From Chrysomallon squamiferum (taxonomy: Eukaryota; Animalia; Mollusca), in NCBI GenBank assembly GCA_012295275.1, contig CM022670.1, positions 19,468,001-19,532,000 on the forward strand: 64,000 nucleotides of DNA, given 5' to 3'. The notes under the pieces are model-generated. The model saw nothing but the letters and a program-made list of their open reading frames with translations, had not been told where the DNA came from and did no database searches. Below are positions 1-15,018 of this stretch, one piece after another (position 1 is the stretch's first letter; the number at the start of each line of letters is the position of its first letter). The position numbers were made by a program, and so were the translations under genes.

Positions 1-31
<31 letters not shown>

Positions 32-62
32 TAGATAGATAGTGTAGATAAAGATACAAGCT

Positions 63-97
<35 letters not shown>

Positions 98-1090
98 AGA
101 TAGATAAATAGATAGATAGATAGATACATAGATAGATAGATAGTGTTAGACAACGATACAAATATGTATACGTGTGTGTAAATGTAGTATATGTACCGAT
201 GTATACATCTATGTGTATGTATATGTACATATAAAGGATAAATCCAACAGTAACAGCCTAAGTAAAAGCAACAAATTAACTCAATAAAATTTTACTAACC
301 AGTTCATTTTGATATGATGACAAACAGTACTTTTTTTTTACATACAGAAGTTCGATTATTATTTATTAGTGACCTGCAAGATAAAGTAATATGATAAAAG
401 AAAAAGAAAATTGCTTCACCATAGATTAAAGAATAAAAACTACCACGGCATTTTTATTGTATGTATGTATGTATATATATTTATATATATAAACGCTGTT
501 TTGTATTAAGAGATAAGAATAAAAAAAAATAAAAAATAAAAGAGGCCAATTGCAAAAAAGCCATTACTGTGTATAAAGCGAAAACAAAGATTATTTTTTT
601 AATGTTTTTTGTTTTATTTATAACTGTAAAGTAATTGAATGTTTTCATTATTTGTGAAGAACAATCTATTGACCGAAACATGAAAGAGGTTAGAAAATCT
701 AAGACACAGGACGACGTGATAAACATCAGATAAGAGCAGCTAAAGGACGAATACATTAATGAATAGGTCGTTATTTTAACTGAAATATTATTCTAAATGT
801 TGCATAAAAATCTTCTCCCAGTAACAATATACATACGTGTGTATGCATGTGTGTGTGAGGTGTGAGTGTGTGTGTGTGTGTATGTATTGAATTCGCATGT
901 AGCATCTACATACAAATATATCTTCGAATCCTGCTATTAATAAAGACACGTTATAAAATAAAATATTTGGGCTTCATAAATGTAATCAGCGAGAAATGTT
1001 TTTAAAAATTATTAATATCAGTTTTGCATCTCAGTATTTGTTTAATATCATGATATTCTGTCAAGTATCAATAATTATCTATTAAGTATC

Positions 1091-1127
1091 AATAATAATA
1101 ATAATAATAATAATAATAATCATAATC

Positions 1128-1183
<56 letters not shown>
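1091..1183. repeat. (AAT)n microsatellite (one of many)
   Basis: Direct; similar tracts near 10950, 11455, 14709, 17043, 37778, 41095. Confidence 0.95.
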
Positions 1184-1185
<2 letters not shown>

Positions 1186-2365
1186 CAGAGAGGAAACGCC
1201 CACGAATGACTCAGTGGCTATTTTACAGATTAGAAATTATGTGCACATTTCGACAGAATAAAATTCTATACCGCAAATTTTCATTCAACCTAATGTAAGA
1301 CATTGGCTGAAAAATACATTAATATGTTAGTTTCTTTTAGAGAGAAAAGACCAGAATTAAACGAATATTTCTACTACTTCCTTTTGATTTTTTTTCTTCT
1401 ATTTTAGATCTCTTGAAATGAGAGACATTTTGTTTTCATTCACTCTATGTACACGTTAAAAAAAAATCTAATTTTAGATGATTCTAGTGTACTGATGTAA
1501 AATCACTGTTCAGAATATATTGTTACTTATTGATCAAGAAAATGCAGTTGCAAGCATGTACATAAAAACGTTATTAACTATAGGTAATGCAAGAATAGGC
1601 ATATATAAATATGTTTGAACTGATACAGTTGAGAAAAAATCAAATGATAAAGTCAGTTTATATAAATACGTAACAGTGTGCTTGGGGGATGTAGATCAAA
1701 CAAAACATAATGAAGAAGAAGAGATACACCGACTGACTAAGACAGAACAAACAAGACGAATTATTTTTAATATTTTTAATACAAATATTCTCCTTATAAT
1801 CTAATCTTGATACTGAAAATAATTAAAAAGATATCGACAGAACGACAAACACGGATCCAGTTTTAGAATTCCTTCGTCTCACCATCTTCGTTTCGAGACA
1901 GTTATTTTATTCATACAGATCTTCCATTTCCATCCTTTAATAAATCCTTTTCTAAAGATGGTCGTTATGTATGAATTTCTTTGCTTTTTCCTTTATAAAT
2001 TGGAAGTACAACAGACATCAATTGTTTGTGACAAATCAGTGTCTCGTCAAATCATCATGGATTAAAACTAATAAGAATTAAACAATAAAGCATAATTTTG
2101 TGACTGACAAAATACGATACCAGTAACGTTTCTATCAATTAAAGATAACAACAACAACAACAGCAACAACAATGACAACAACAAAATAAGAACAACAGTA
2201 GACAAAAATTACAATAACAAATAAAATAAATTTACCCCACAAAAAACACATTATACAAATACGTGCGCACACACATACACATCAAATACTTATACTCTTA
2301 AATTAAATAGAAAAATACAAAAATAGGACCCTACCCAAATACCTATTAAGGTAATCAGTAACAAT

Positions 2366-2406
<41 letters not shown>

Positions 2407-2830
2407 AATAATAATAATAATAACAATAATAACAACAACAATAAAATAAATAAATAAGTTAATAATAATAATACGTAATCCCTACTGCCACCAAAAGATA
2501 AAAATAATAAAAGAAATTCGAACATCAAAATAAAAAGTAATAAGCATCCTCTAAATACTCAATCCAAAAACATAACAAAAAATAAAAAAAAGTAAATGAA
2601 AAATAAAAATAAAATATATAAAATAAATAAATAAATAAAAATAAAAATACAAAAAGTAAATAATAATAATAAAAAAATCACATACAAAGAAAAACCCATA
2701 GATATGATGGAGTATTTAAAAAACATTTTTTTTTTCCATCTTAAAATCATTTACAACTAAAACTCTGACGGCACTTATCTAAATTAACGAGATTAACCTG
2801 AAGCTTAATTTCATCGCTTGGTTCATTTTG

Positions 2831-5659
2831 TCATAAAATAACAGTGTAAAATACCCAGTAAAACAGATTAAAAAGAATAAACGCGATTGGAAATGCAAAT
2901 CTCGATATTTTATCAATCTGGGCACCGACATCTCGAGGCGGTTTTTCTGAATAATCTGTCTGCTCCTGCTTTGGTCTTCTAAAAAATGTACGTCTTCGTA
3001 ATCCTGTTTCTGCGTCATGTTTTCCATTGATTTCGATACAGCTGATGCTTTCTGACGACTGAAATAATAATAATAATAATAATAATACATGACAAATGTA
3101 TATATTTAAGTTTTATAGGTACATACGGGCAAATACATATGAGCGAATATCGCTGTGAAAATATCATTTGCACAGTTCTCGTGGGTGTTCAGTACCTTTT
3201 TCGCTTTATTTTTACATACAAATAAATACTAAATTGCTTATATGTGTTTAGATAGGTACTCATATGTATGTGTAATAACAGTAAAATACACATTTATAAA
3301 ATTCCATTTACAAATAATGTGATTTTTACGTTAGAACCATCCATCACGTCAGAGACTTAACACTAGTGTTTAATTCTGTTTTCAGTTTTCATTAAGAACA
3401 GATCTCGGAGGAATACATTACAAAATTTCAGTTAAATAGTTTGAAGAACATTAAAATATTTTCCTAAAGTCCAAGCTATTTTAATAGAAACTCATTACTA
3501 GATAATCCTCTTGCTAATGTTATTAATTGATTCAGTGGAATGTTTGTTTAGATATGCTGATTATTACATAATTCACTTTTTATCATTTATTCATCAAAAT
3601 ACTTTTTATTTCTAGGTTTAGTTAATCTATTCTCATTTATCTTGTATTTGGCTAAATTATTTAATTTTGAACGTTATAATCATTTTTTTGAATTCATTAG
3701 ATTTTATTGAATATAATCCAAGATTTGCATTTAACAAATAATATCTATTAATTTTTTTTATTTTTTTAGTGGTTTAATGGGTACCAGTAAGTAAAAATAA
3801 AATACAACTATTTAAAAAACGAATAAAAACCGTTAACTACAAAAGTACATAATTATTATAAGTTAATTATTTATTATTATCATATTCCAAAATCTAAGCG
3901 AATTACTGAAAGCTTTTTTTGCCCGAAGTATTTTTAAATATTTGTTTTTTAAATATTCAGTCATTAAACAAAATTTCTTTTCTCTCACATCATTACATGT
4001 TTTAAAATAGCGATTTTTCGTTACAATAGAATAAAGACACCTTAACGTCATCATGTTTTGTTCATTCTGGAATCATTAGCGTTAAGGTATTTCCGATGCA
4101 ACAGGAAAGCTTCTATTGTTCCCCACTACTTACTGGTTTATCTCTAATGGTTTGAGGATTGCGAGTAAAAGCTTTCCTGTGACGGCGTGACAGAACGGTC
4201 ACAAAGGCATATTCCATATAGGCAGCGAAGACAAACACCAGGCAGGTCGACATCCATACGTCGATTGACTTGATGTAAGGAACTCTGGGTAACTGCGTCA
4301 TTGCACCGGAACTCTGCGTTGTTATGGTGAGAACGGTCAGAAGCCCGACGCTAATGCGAGCTGGGATGGCTTGATGGTCAATCCAGAAGGATATCCAAGA
4401 AAGACTGACGATAAGGATGCTGGGAATGTAGGTCTGCGTGAGATAGAAACCCACTTGTCTCTCCATTACCAGTTCGGCGTAGAGGCAGGGAAAAGTTCCT
4501 AAAAATGAAAGAAATAATAATGTAAACCAGTTTCATTTTATATGCTTCTAGATGCTGTGAAAGAGTTTAAGAAAGAGGGTTCTTTATAAACACTTTATCA
4601 TTGCAGAAAAATAAAGGAAATATAATCAAAGAGAGGATCTGGAAAATGAACTTGAGACTGAAAAAAAAAAAATTAAATATATTTTTTTTAAATCCACATC
4701 CTTAAAATAAGGGTCAAAGAAAAAAGAATGGAAAGTCCCTGAAAAATCCATAAAATAAATTAAATCCACGTCAAACATAAAAAACGTCAACATCAAAAAC
4801 AAACAGGAAGAAAATTATATAAGACAACAGCATGAAAAATATGTTAAAAAATTTAATTTTACGTGGTTCTGCTTTTAAGTTGTCGTACATCATAATAAAA
4901 TTACTTATTTATGGCTTGTTTGAAACGTGATGATATTCATTAGTTGTCAGTGGCGTGCGTGTATTTCAGATAGTAAGAAATATCCAAATAAATTCTGTTG
5001 ATTTTTATCTGTTTTTCTTTAACAAGTTAATACGAGAAAACGTATTGATTTAAAGTTACAAAATTTAAACTAACAGAACAGTAAAAGATAATAAACAAAT
5101 CATTACAAATTCAAAGAAATACATTTTATTACAAAAAAGCCCATATCAAACGTTAACAAATGACGCTACATGTCAATCTAATATACCAATGAGACAATAA
5201 CAAACTAACCTACTTCATGTTCAGTATTATTACGACGGTATTTCATTTAAATATAATTACACAGTTACTTCATATTCAGTATAATCATTTACCTATTTCA
5301 AATTCAAGTATTTACTAGACAACAAGATGTTTAAGTAATATTCTGCGTAATTACTAAACTAGTTAAGATTTTATGTACTGGTTAACTAATTTCAAATTCA
5401 GAATAATTACTAACCTACCATACGTTCAATGCAGTTATAAAACTACTTCTTTTCTTTTCAGCCAACTGTCTATTTCATATTCAGGATAAATACTTATTTA
5501 TTTCATATTTAACATCTTTACATTCTAATTCATATTCCATATTATTACTAATCTACTTTAAAATAAGAGTCATTACTAATCTATTTTACAATGTAATCAC
5601 TGAACTAATCTATATTTTATGTAACTTTTGTGTCATGTACTATATATGATATATATATG

Positions 5660-5693
<34 letters not shown>

Positions 5694-7025
5694 TAATGAA
5701 TAAAACGATAATTTAAAGAGAGTCTACTTTATATATTATCATTTCATATTCTGTTGTGACATTATGATGTCGTCGTATTGAACATACCTGTTGCATATGT
5801 TGCCGTACAGTCATGAGAGCTGATGTTAACGACGTTGAAGTCAGGCATGTTGGCGTCTGGAAGCAAGCAGGTGGCTTTTCGAGCTGACGACCAGACGAAA
5901 TTGAGGTCATCAGTAGTAAAACTATCTATAAATAAATAAATAGTTATTAAATAAATCTCCTGAAAATCATACCATCACACACACACACACACACACAACA
6001 CAAACAAATACATAAATAAATAAATAAGAAGAAAATTAATAACAATCACAACATCAACATCATCATTATTATCAGAGAAAACAGTAGGAACAGCAGCAGT
6101 AACAACAACAATAATAATAATAATAATGATATAATATAACAGGCATATTACACTTCGTAACATTTTAAGACTGGAAATTCTGTGGATTTAAAAAAAAAAA
6201 AATGTTCTTAAAAAAAAAAAAGAAGAAAAAGAGTTAATTAAAACACTATAACGGTCAAATCGATAAATTCGTTTCTCTTTCTATGTTTTCTGGAAAAAAG
6301 GCTTTTATTTTATGTTCATGCTTCGATGTCACATACACGTATAGTCATATATATATATCTGTCTTTTCCTCTTTTGATATATATAATTTCTAATGCAGGC
6401 CTAGCACCCAGTCAATTATAAATCAACAAACAACAATTAAAACAGAAGTCTACAGCAATTAGTGCTGTAACACACCTGCGTTCCATGCTTTGCACATCAA
6501 TTTTAATAAATTCAATAATTCCGTTAACACAAGTCTAATATTTTTATTGACTGTATAAAGATTTCATCAGTAAAATATTTTTGTATTTATTTTTGAATGA
6601 CCAAAATGAAATGTAGAGGTTTAGAATATAATAATTTCTAGTATTTTTTATTCAGAAACAAATCAAGCATTGCTCTGAAAATAGTTTCATTTGTTTATTA
6701 ATTAATGTTTATGTTTATTTTTTGTTTGCAGTAAAGTTGGAAGGACAGCTTTGTTTTATTTTGATCATCATCATCATCATATTCTTTTCCTTTTTCTTTT
6801 TTACTGCTAATATTATTACTACTATTATTATTATTATTATTATGTTTTTATTATTCCAGAAATATAAGTAGTTGCATCAGTGAAAGAATTAACAGAAAAT
6901 ATTTTATTTAATTATATAAAACAGAAAGCGATAGTAACAACTAGTGAAAGAACATTATAAACATTATCATCATCAACAACATAACCACAATAACAAATAT
7001 AATAATAATGATATGATGATGATGA

Positions 7026-7078
<53 letters not shown>

Positions 7079-9541
7079 ACTGTAACAAAAATATTAATAT
7101 TAATGATGATGATGATTTTCATGATAATCAAGATTATAATAATGATAGCAATAATAATGATAATGATAATGATAATAATAAACAAAATGATGTTTTAACA
7201 ACCAAAACAACAAACATATAGCAATTATCTTTTCCTGAGATTTCAAATTAAAGTTATACATGGAATTTTCTTATTATAACGACTTCTACTGATGCGTGTA
7301 CTGAAAACTGTTTCTATAATCGCTAATTATAGAAACCGAACCCAAATCCATAACTTCACTAGTTAGGTTATTAATAAGTGTATAAGAAATCTATAGCGAA
7401 ACACTCTTGTTCCATCAATTAGTAAAGAATAAGATGTTTTTAAATCACCGGCATCATAATGGACTTATTCAGGCATCACAAAATTTGTTGTTAAAGCCAC
7501 ATTTTGTGTCAGTAATGTTAAAATAGTCGTAGAATTTTATCAATATTCAGTTGTTTGAAACGTGAATAAACGAACGAAGATGACTCGTTGAAGAAGAAAC
7601 AGCAAAGGTTATGGCATACGTATGCTGTGTGAAGGAGAAAGTGTCAAGATTTCCTTAGTGCACTGTGCGAATGTAAACGGATTTTTTTCTTTCGAAAGAA
7701 TTCAAGCATTTCATTAAGCAGTTTTGCAAATACTCTATTAGTAACGTCTCAATGATTTTTATTACATTGTTGGTATTTAAGTCTGGTTATTTGGCTTTCA
7801 ATATGTTATTTGACAAATTTATATTTATATTCCTTTCAGACATGCATCGTGCCTAGATGGCGCAGGAAGGATGAAAGGTTTTATTTAAACAGACTGGTTT
7901 AACATGTGGTTTATGCAATATCGTGCATCTGGTTAAGAACTGTGACGACAATAAAAGAGGAGAGCCGTTGCCATCGACCGATGATGTATTCTTTTTTGAT
8001 CAGCAGCAGCGATGTTTTAAATTTACCTTCCCACAGGCAGCAGAGCAAATACCTCAAATGTGACAAATCATTTGCGTTTGACATTTAATGAATGTTCCAT
8101 TATTCAGTTATTTTTTTGGTCGTTCTATCATTCATTCATTCACTCAGTCTGTCATCCATCCATCTATCCACTGCTACACCAAATGATATAATACAAATTT
8201 GCTTGATTATTTCCTAGCAAAGATTAAAACATAAAAGCATTACAACCTGTGCCACAAGACACGATATTGATCATGCCATAGAAAACTGTTAACAGACAAA
8301 AGACACAGTAGATAATATCAAAGTTTATAGTAGTGAGTTCTGAAACATCCATTAACCGTTATCTTTTGATCAATAAAATATATGTAGCGACCTTGCAAAT
8401 TTATCTTGTCAGTGAAAGTAAATCTCGTTTTTATTCTTTTACTATTTTTGCATCATTAACCAAAGAGTCAGTTTTTATTTGATCGTGAAAGGACAAAGCA
8501 GGTTTCAGATTCTTTATTCTGTTGTAGCTGTGTTTTTTGTCTGTGCAAGACAGAATAAAGTATTTAAAATATAACATACACATTAATTAACAATCTGAAT
8601 GCTATTACTATTAGTAACCGATTTTTTTTGTAATTTGAATTGAAAATGGATAATGAATCTTAACAAAGCGAATTAAACATTTCAGAAAATGCAAAGTGTA
8701 GGACTAAACAAATAGGACTGTGAACTGTATTAATGCATACAGTATGTAACATCAAAAGCACTGCAGCTGAATATCCAAGAAACATAATTTAATCATACTA
8801 GAAGAAACTACAAACCAGCTCATCTAAACATATAAGAAATATACATTCAAAAAACCTGCAACCATCTCTAAACACATACAACAACAACAAAAACAGCATC
8901 AACATCAACACACCGAACCATTTACTCACACATCACAGTGACACATTTACTCTCTCACCCTGGTTCACACACACTTAGAATAATACACCTGACATTCTCA
9001 CATCACTGTAATTAAAAGAATTTAAGCACATGATAACAAAGAAAAACGATTACTCACAACTTTCCATCTGTATCCTGCATGTTTGACTGTCATGCGGAAA
9101 CTTTCTGAGATCCATCATACAGTTAAAGGTAACAAATATTCTGAGGAAAGAAACACACGAAATTTACAGTAAAAAACACATCATTATCAAAACGTTTACC
9201 TCGGTATCTATTTTAATTTGGGCCTGTAAATGAAATGAAACGGAATATAACAACACAACACAAAGTAAAATGTAAATGCAAGCTGTAATAGAAACTGTAA
9301 AAGCGTTTTCGATTGTGGTGTCTTTTGGGAAGATTTTAATAAAATCTAATTTATTGTTTAAAATTAATTTTTTTACGAAATAATTGTGAAAGGTAATAAA
9401 TGTCCGTGCCTATACATATAAATAGGTCCAATATGCACAAACACGCGTGCGTGCATACAAGCACATACACATATATACAGATGCTTGCAAAAATCACACA
9501 TATACATAGATATATTCATACATACTTACATACATACATTC

Positions 9542-9577
<36 letters not shown>

Positions 9578-9957
9578 TATTCACACACACACATTCATAC
9601 ATACAAATAGACAACTTAATTACCTTTGTGTGTACAATACTGTTCCGTCTGGATATATACGTAGTAATATATTAGGTGTTGTGATGTGAAAACCAACTTC
9701 TTCTTTCGATTTTGGGAAGAAAAGATCGGGAACCCAAACATCTCGAAGCCTTTTGTAACTCAGCAAAATGCTTCGATTAAGATCATCAAATCTGAGACGT
9801 TTGTCTAGCCATTCTTGTCTCAGATAAAAACTTGCGCCAAATTTCTGGAAACACGAAAAGAACAAAATCTTGCACTTTATTTCATTATCAGAAAAACAAA
9901 TACATGCCATGTATGCGTGTTTATGTGAATGTTGGCATGTTAGTACAAAGGTAGGTA

Positions 9958-9991
<34 letters not shown>

Positions 9992-10951
9992 TAATTACAA
10001 ATGTGTTTCACACTGAATGAAAATAAATAAGTTCGCTCAAACAACGTCTGAAGGAAACATTTCAACTGAATACGAAATGAATTTATATTTAAAAACAAAA
10101 CCAACAACACAACAATAAATAAATAAAAACAAATAAATAAACAAACAAAACAAAACCCGTCAACTAAAAATAAAAACAGACAAACATTTTACTGACCATA
10201 TCAATATCGTTGACTGGTCCTATATTGATCAGTGTAATATCTATAGATATGTTAGTTGCCTCCTCTAAACGAAAAAGTAAAAAAAAGAAAAGAAAAAGAA
10301 ATTACAGTATTCTCTAACATATTTCAGGAAAAAAGAATATCTGCCCATCTCTTCGTTTTATATATATTATTCACACACACATTATATATATATAATATTC
10401 ACTCACACAAACACACGTGTGTTTATATTTGTGTGTGTGCGTGTGAGTGTGAGTGTGTGTGTGTGTATGTGTGTGTGTGTGTTTTATGTATTTTTCTTCT
10501 CCCTCTCTGGATATCTGAATATTAATATTGTTTATCTTCAGATCAGCATTAGAACTGTGGGAATTTCTCTTGCTACAGATATTTGTTTTGGAATTAGAAT
10601 AACAACAGAATTATAAACATTGTGAATGATAAATATTATATAATGTGATGACTAATAGCTTTTAAACTAAGTCTTCATGTAAATAAAGTATCTGATAAAA
10701 AATTCATAGAACGTGGATTAAACATAGATTTCGAGATCCATGTTATCTTTCTTTGGAACAAATACTATTAAATTGTAAAGAGAAAACAACATATATATAT
10801 ATATATATATAGGCAGATATATATTTAACAGAAAATATATTTAACAAAAGGAAGGCCAGAAAAAAAAAAATATAATAACGAAAACAAAATTAATATATAT
10901 ATATATAAAGTAAAAGAGGGCCAAAAAAAAAAAAAAAAAAAAAAAAAAATA

Positions 10952-11008
<57 letters not shown>

Positions 11009-11455
11009 GAAATAAAATAAATAAAAACAGAAAAAGTAAATGAAAAAAGATAATAAAAAGAAACCTTTTAGCTTTTTAAGAAATAAAAAAATACTTGAAT
11101 GTAATTGCTGCTTGTAAAGTCTATTATTATTATTTTTTTGTTTGTTTTGTTTAAGTGCAGTTATTCATTTGTATATAGGTACTAATTTTCATTTTAAATT
11201 TACAAGTGATTAACATGAATATAATATATTGATTAATTATAAATTATTTTTGATGAGATAATAATAAGTACTTAATTTTTAATTTTTAATTTTTTTTTGA
11301 TTTGAAATGGTAAAAACACATACTTATCGGAAAACAAGACAAAATAGATTTAAACTGTCGAACAAAGTGGAAAACAAACTTCTTTTACTGTTTTCTTTTT
11401 TATTTATTTATTTTATTTTAAACAAACAACCGCCTCCACCCTCCCCAAAAAATAA

Positions 11456-11515
<60 letters not shown>

Positions 11516-13363
11516 CAATAAAATCAATTAAATGGAACCTACTTACAAAAACGAAAAAATCAAAATTACAAAAAAATGTAATAACTAAAGTAGATTAAAC
11601 ATACTTTGTGAGTTTCAGTTATCCGACATTTTTTATAACTTATTAATTGTTTTCGTGAATGCCTATGGATATGTAATTCAAATACTTTTATCATCCTGTT
11701 TTGTATAAAATTAAATATCAGCTTAGTTTCAACTGTACATCTTGGAACTATATACCGTTTTTCTGTAGCTTTACTAGCACACCATCTTTCTAGACCTTGT
11801 CAAACGTTTTGTGCAGAACAATTGAACGAGACAAGAACAACCTTCTGTGTTTGGACAGGTATGTTGATCTGTCTGCGGAATTGTCTAAGTCCTGCCTTTT
11901 CTTGAGTGGTGATGTTCTCACTGTCAAGGATTTGTCAAAGCCAATGTTTGATGATGCGCTCTAGGATCTTGCAGACATAGCTAATGAGACTGATCAGCTG
12001 CTTCCATTTTGTTTGTTCTTACCTATTTTCAGTTTGGGTATCATGACCTCCTCTTTCCAGATTTATGTCAGCTTGCCTTCAGTCCAGCTTGGGTTGTAAA
12101 TGTCCAGCATCTTGCATCTTGCAGTATTTCCTAGATATTTCAGACTTTCATTAGTAACACTTTCTTAATTTTTAGATATTTGAGGGCCATATCAAGTTGT
12201 GGTAGTTATACTATTCGTCATTGCAGTCTTGCTGTACTTACTGTTTCTTTTTGTTCTCTTCGTTCTCCTTTCTTCTGAGATGTTATGATGAAAATATCTC
12301 TTTGCTTGGCATAGGTCTTTGCTAAGATGACAGCAGTTTTCTTACCTTATAAGCATATTTCCATCTCCATTAGAATAATCTTCTGTCCATGGGATTTTTC
12401 CACATTTAGCTCTTTTGTAAGTTTTCATAATTTGGTGCTGTTTTTTTCAAGCGGTTTTTTATCTCCAGATTACATTTCACCAGTGACTATTTTTACAACA
12501 ATTCGCCAAGCTGTGACGACAGTACATCTTCATAAGAATGTCTCGGACTGGCATTGGTGATCTGGAATACTGTAGTCCAGTTAAAACCAGCTCAAGAATT
12601 ATTAGCTCTTCTTACTTTCAAACTCAATCCAAATATTTCCAAGTGTTTAGAGATCTGTGCTATTTGCAATCAGGCCACTACATCTTTGGGCTCGTTCTGC
12701 TGCTGGGCTACGATAATACGAGGCTATCGGACTCCATTCATATGTTAATACTTTATGTAACTGAATTTCTGCTGGCAAACTTTTCCAAACCACCATCAAG
12801 TCTTCACTATAAAAAGCGCCGTTTGTGAAACTTACTTCGATACAAAGATTTATTCGGTATGCTCTAATGTACAGTTTTGACGGACGCAAGTCTTAAATTT
12901 GTTTAGTTATTTCCGCATCATCATTATCATTGCAGTTGTTATTACTACTTCTACTACTAGTACTACTACTACTACTACTACTACTACCGCTACTACTACG
13001 TGTTGTGGTTGTTGTTATTATTATTATAATTATTATAATATTTGCTGCAGTTAATACAAATGGTCCATATCTCTTGTTGGTTGTTACCGAAAGGCTGTAT
13101 ACCTTTTTTCTGGTGATTTATTTTAAGGAAGAAAAAGAAACGTGAGCTAGAATTTTGTTATATGTTACCTGTGGAAGGTTGAATGGTCGAGTCATATTTC
13201 CGTGAGTCTAGCAGCCTGTCAATGACCACTTTTACAGCTGTTTCATTGTCTGAACGCAAACCATCACTGCATTGTGAAAAAAGTAATCGTTTTGCATTTA
13301 AATTGGAATATATTTTTGTTTAATACAACAAGAGTTCGCTACAGTCTTCGGACCAATTCTGAT

Positions 13364-13462
<99 letters not shown>

Positions 13463-14209
13463 AACACACACATAAATATTTAAATGAACAGATACCAAAG
13501 AAATAATCCTAAATCCGTTTAATTTAATTTACTTCCAAAAATTAAATAAATAACAAATGTTGTTGTGTTGTCGTTGTTGTTGTTGTTCTTCTTCTTCTGA
13601 TTATTATTATTGTTATTGTTAAAACTGCTGTTATTACAGGTTGATCATCACTTATTCAGAAGTTAATAATCCGGCACTAATTTCCGTCAAATGTTTTCAC
13701 CTTGGAAGCGGAAATATTTATTTTATCTGTGTTTCAAAAAAGATTTCTATTTTCATTTCATTTTTCTTTTTCCTTTATTAACTAACATGTTCTCATTTAC
13801 AGGGTTTTTAAAAATAGTATGAAATGGATAGCTGTTGGATTAAGTGCATTCTAACGTAACCTGCATCCTGTAAGTACAAGTGATGCCGGTTTAATGATGG
13901 TCAACCTGTACAGTTATTTTTTTCTGGTATAGTTGTTGTCGTTGTAATTGCTATTTTCTTTTTTGTGTTACTGTTATTTTTGTTCTTGTTGTTATTATTA
14001 TTAAACACAGGCTTCTTAAAATATAGCCTTTTATTACTTTTTCCTTCAGATTTACAATCTTGGAAATTTTGAAACAAATGTCTCGATTGCAGTGTCAAAA
14101 CAGTATTTAATAAACGTCATTGAGCAGATTACTGATGTCGTCATTATATCAGTAACAATGTTTAATGATAACAACGACGTTATAATAACAGTAATCAGTT
14201 TCAGTAGGG

Positions 14210-14287
<78 letters not shown>

Positions 14288-14708
14288 CATTTAAATTACG
14301 AGCTATCTTTTGATATACATAAAAAAAAAAAAAAAAAAAAAATATGAAGCTTCAATTTTATATATTATAAAATGTTCAGGATCAGAATTCACAAGATTGA
14401 TAACGTTAGACTGACATCTAAATAGATAATAACCATCACGAATGTTAAGGTAGCGAATGTTCGTTCATATACAAACATAATCGTAGATATATATACGTGC
14501 AAAAGAAGCAACTGACAGATACAGTGAGCTAAATATCTAAATAAAATAATCATATTAGAACAGAAAATTTTATTTAAAATGTTTAAACGTAATACAATTT
14601 GATAGTAAAAATGTTAAAATAGTACTATTATAAGAACAGCAAGGCCAATAACAACAGAATCATCAGCAATACAAATAATACCAAAAATACCAAAACAACA
14701 GCAGCAGC

Positions 14709-14761
<53 letters not shown>

Positions 14762-15018
14762 AAAGATGATGAAGAAGAAAATTGTATTTACCGAAACGAA
14801 ATATATTTTTTTCTAATAGCAGAATGTATCTCAGCTATCCAATTCACTTTCTAACATCTACAACTACATCAACGACCACGATAGTTCAAAAAAAAAAAAA
14901 TAATAATAATAAATAAAAAAAAAAAAAAAAAAATAAAAAAAATAAAAAAAATTAGTGAAAATATAACTTACCATCCGTTTACGAAGAAAAGAAGTAGGCA
15001 AAATTTGATCGTTATCAT
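2831..15018 (-). CDS. Cys-loop ligand-gated chloride channel subunit (glycine receptor / GluCl-like), 8 coding exons, about 415 aa
   Basis: Exons in transcript order: 15018-14972 (signal peptide MITIKFCLLLFFVNG), 13266-13169 (VIDRLLDSRKYDSTIQP), 10264-10197, 9844-9624 (FYLRQEW, WVPDLFF), 9140-9058 (Cys-loop CMMDLRKFPHDSQTC), 5925-5788, 4498-4134 (M1-M3 with PARISVGLLTVLT), 3058-2831 (M4 IDKISRFAFPIAFILFNLFYW, TGA). All introns GT-AG with matching phases; total 1248 nt. The 68/221/83/138-nt exon series is typical of GlyR/GABA-A-type genes. An in-frame upstream ATG exists at 15072. Confidence 0.93.
4134..4498 (-). CDS. Cys-loop channel exon 7: end of loop C, M1, M2 (PAR anion filter), M3
   Basis: GTFPCLYAELVMERQVGFYLTQTYIPSILIVSLSWISFWIDHQAIPARISVGLLTVLTITTQSSG...IDVWMSTCLVFVFAAYMEYAFV; acceptor AG at 4500-4499, donor GTAAGT after 4134. 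Confidence 0.95.
5205..5620. repeat. Degenerate minisatellite of about 30-bp units (TTACTAACCTATTTCAWATTCAG-like), intronic
   Basis: Recurrent variants such as aactaacctacttcatgttcag, ttacctatttcaaattcaag, aactaatttcaaattcag, tctatttcatattcag, attactaatcta. Confidence 0.5.
9624..9844 (-). CDS. Cys-loop channel exon 4 (ligand-binding loops D, A, E)
   Basis: KFGASFYLRQEWLDKRL...VWVPDLFF...LLRIYPDGTVLYTQR; 221 nt, AG/GT flanked. Confidence 0.93.
11660..12880 (-). mobile_element. Decayed non-LTR retrotransposon (LINE) ORF2 fragment, including the N-terminal part of the reverse transcriptase
   Basis: Minus-strand translation gives LISLISYVCKILERII (RT 'RPISLxSxxxKxxERII') near 11945-12000, QEKAGLRQ (GFR motif), KTFDKV*KDGVLVKL ('KAFDxV') near 11765-11810, and WTEGKL..WKEEVMIPKLK; interrupted by stops and frameshifts. 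Boundaries approximate. Confidence 0.85.
13367..13472. repeat. (CA)n microsatellite
   Basis: Directly visible. Confidence 0.95.

Noticed and set aside
2779-3090. 103-aa minus-strand ORF in the track
   Set aside because: Wrong frame; the real M4 exon is 3058-2831 in another frame.
6944-7198. Poly-V/I/M ORFs, and the many HT/CV/ER/SL-repeat ORFs elsewhere
   Set aside because: These are translations of microsatellites with no splice or domain support.
12327-12889. Cluster of short overlapping ORFs
   Set aside because: They lie within the decayed LINE and are not host genes.
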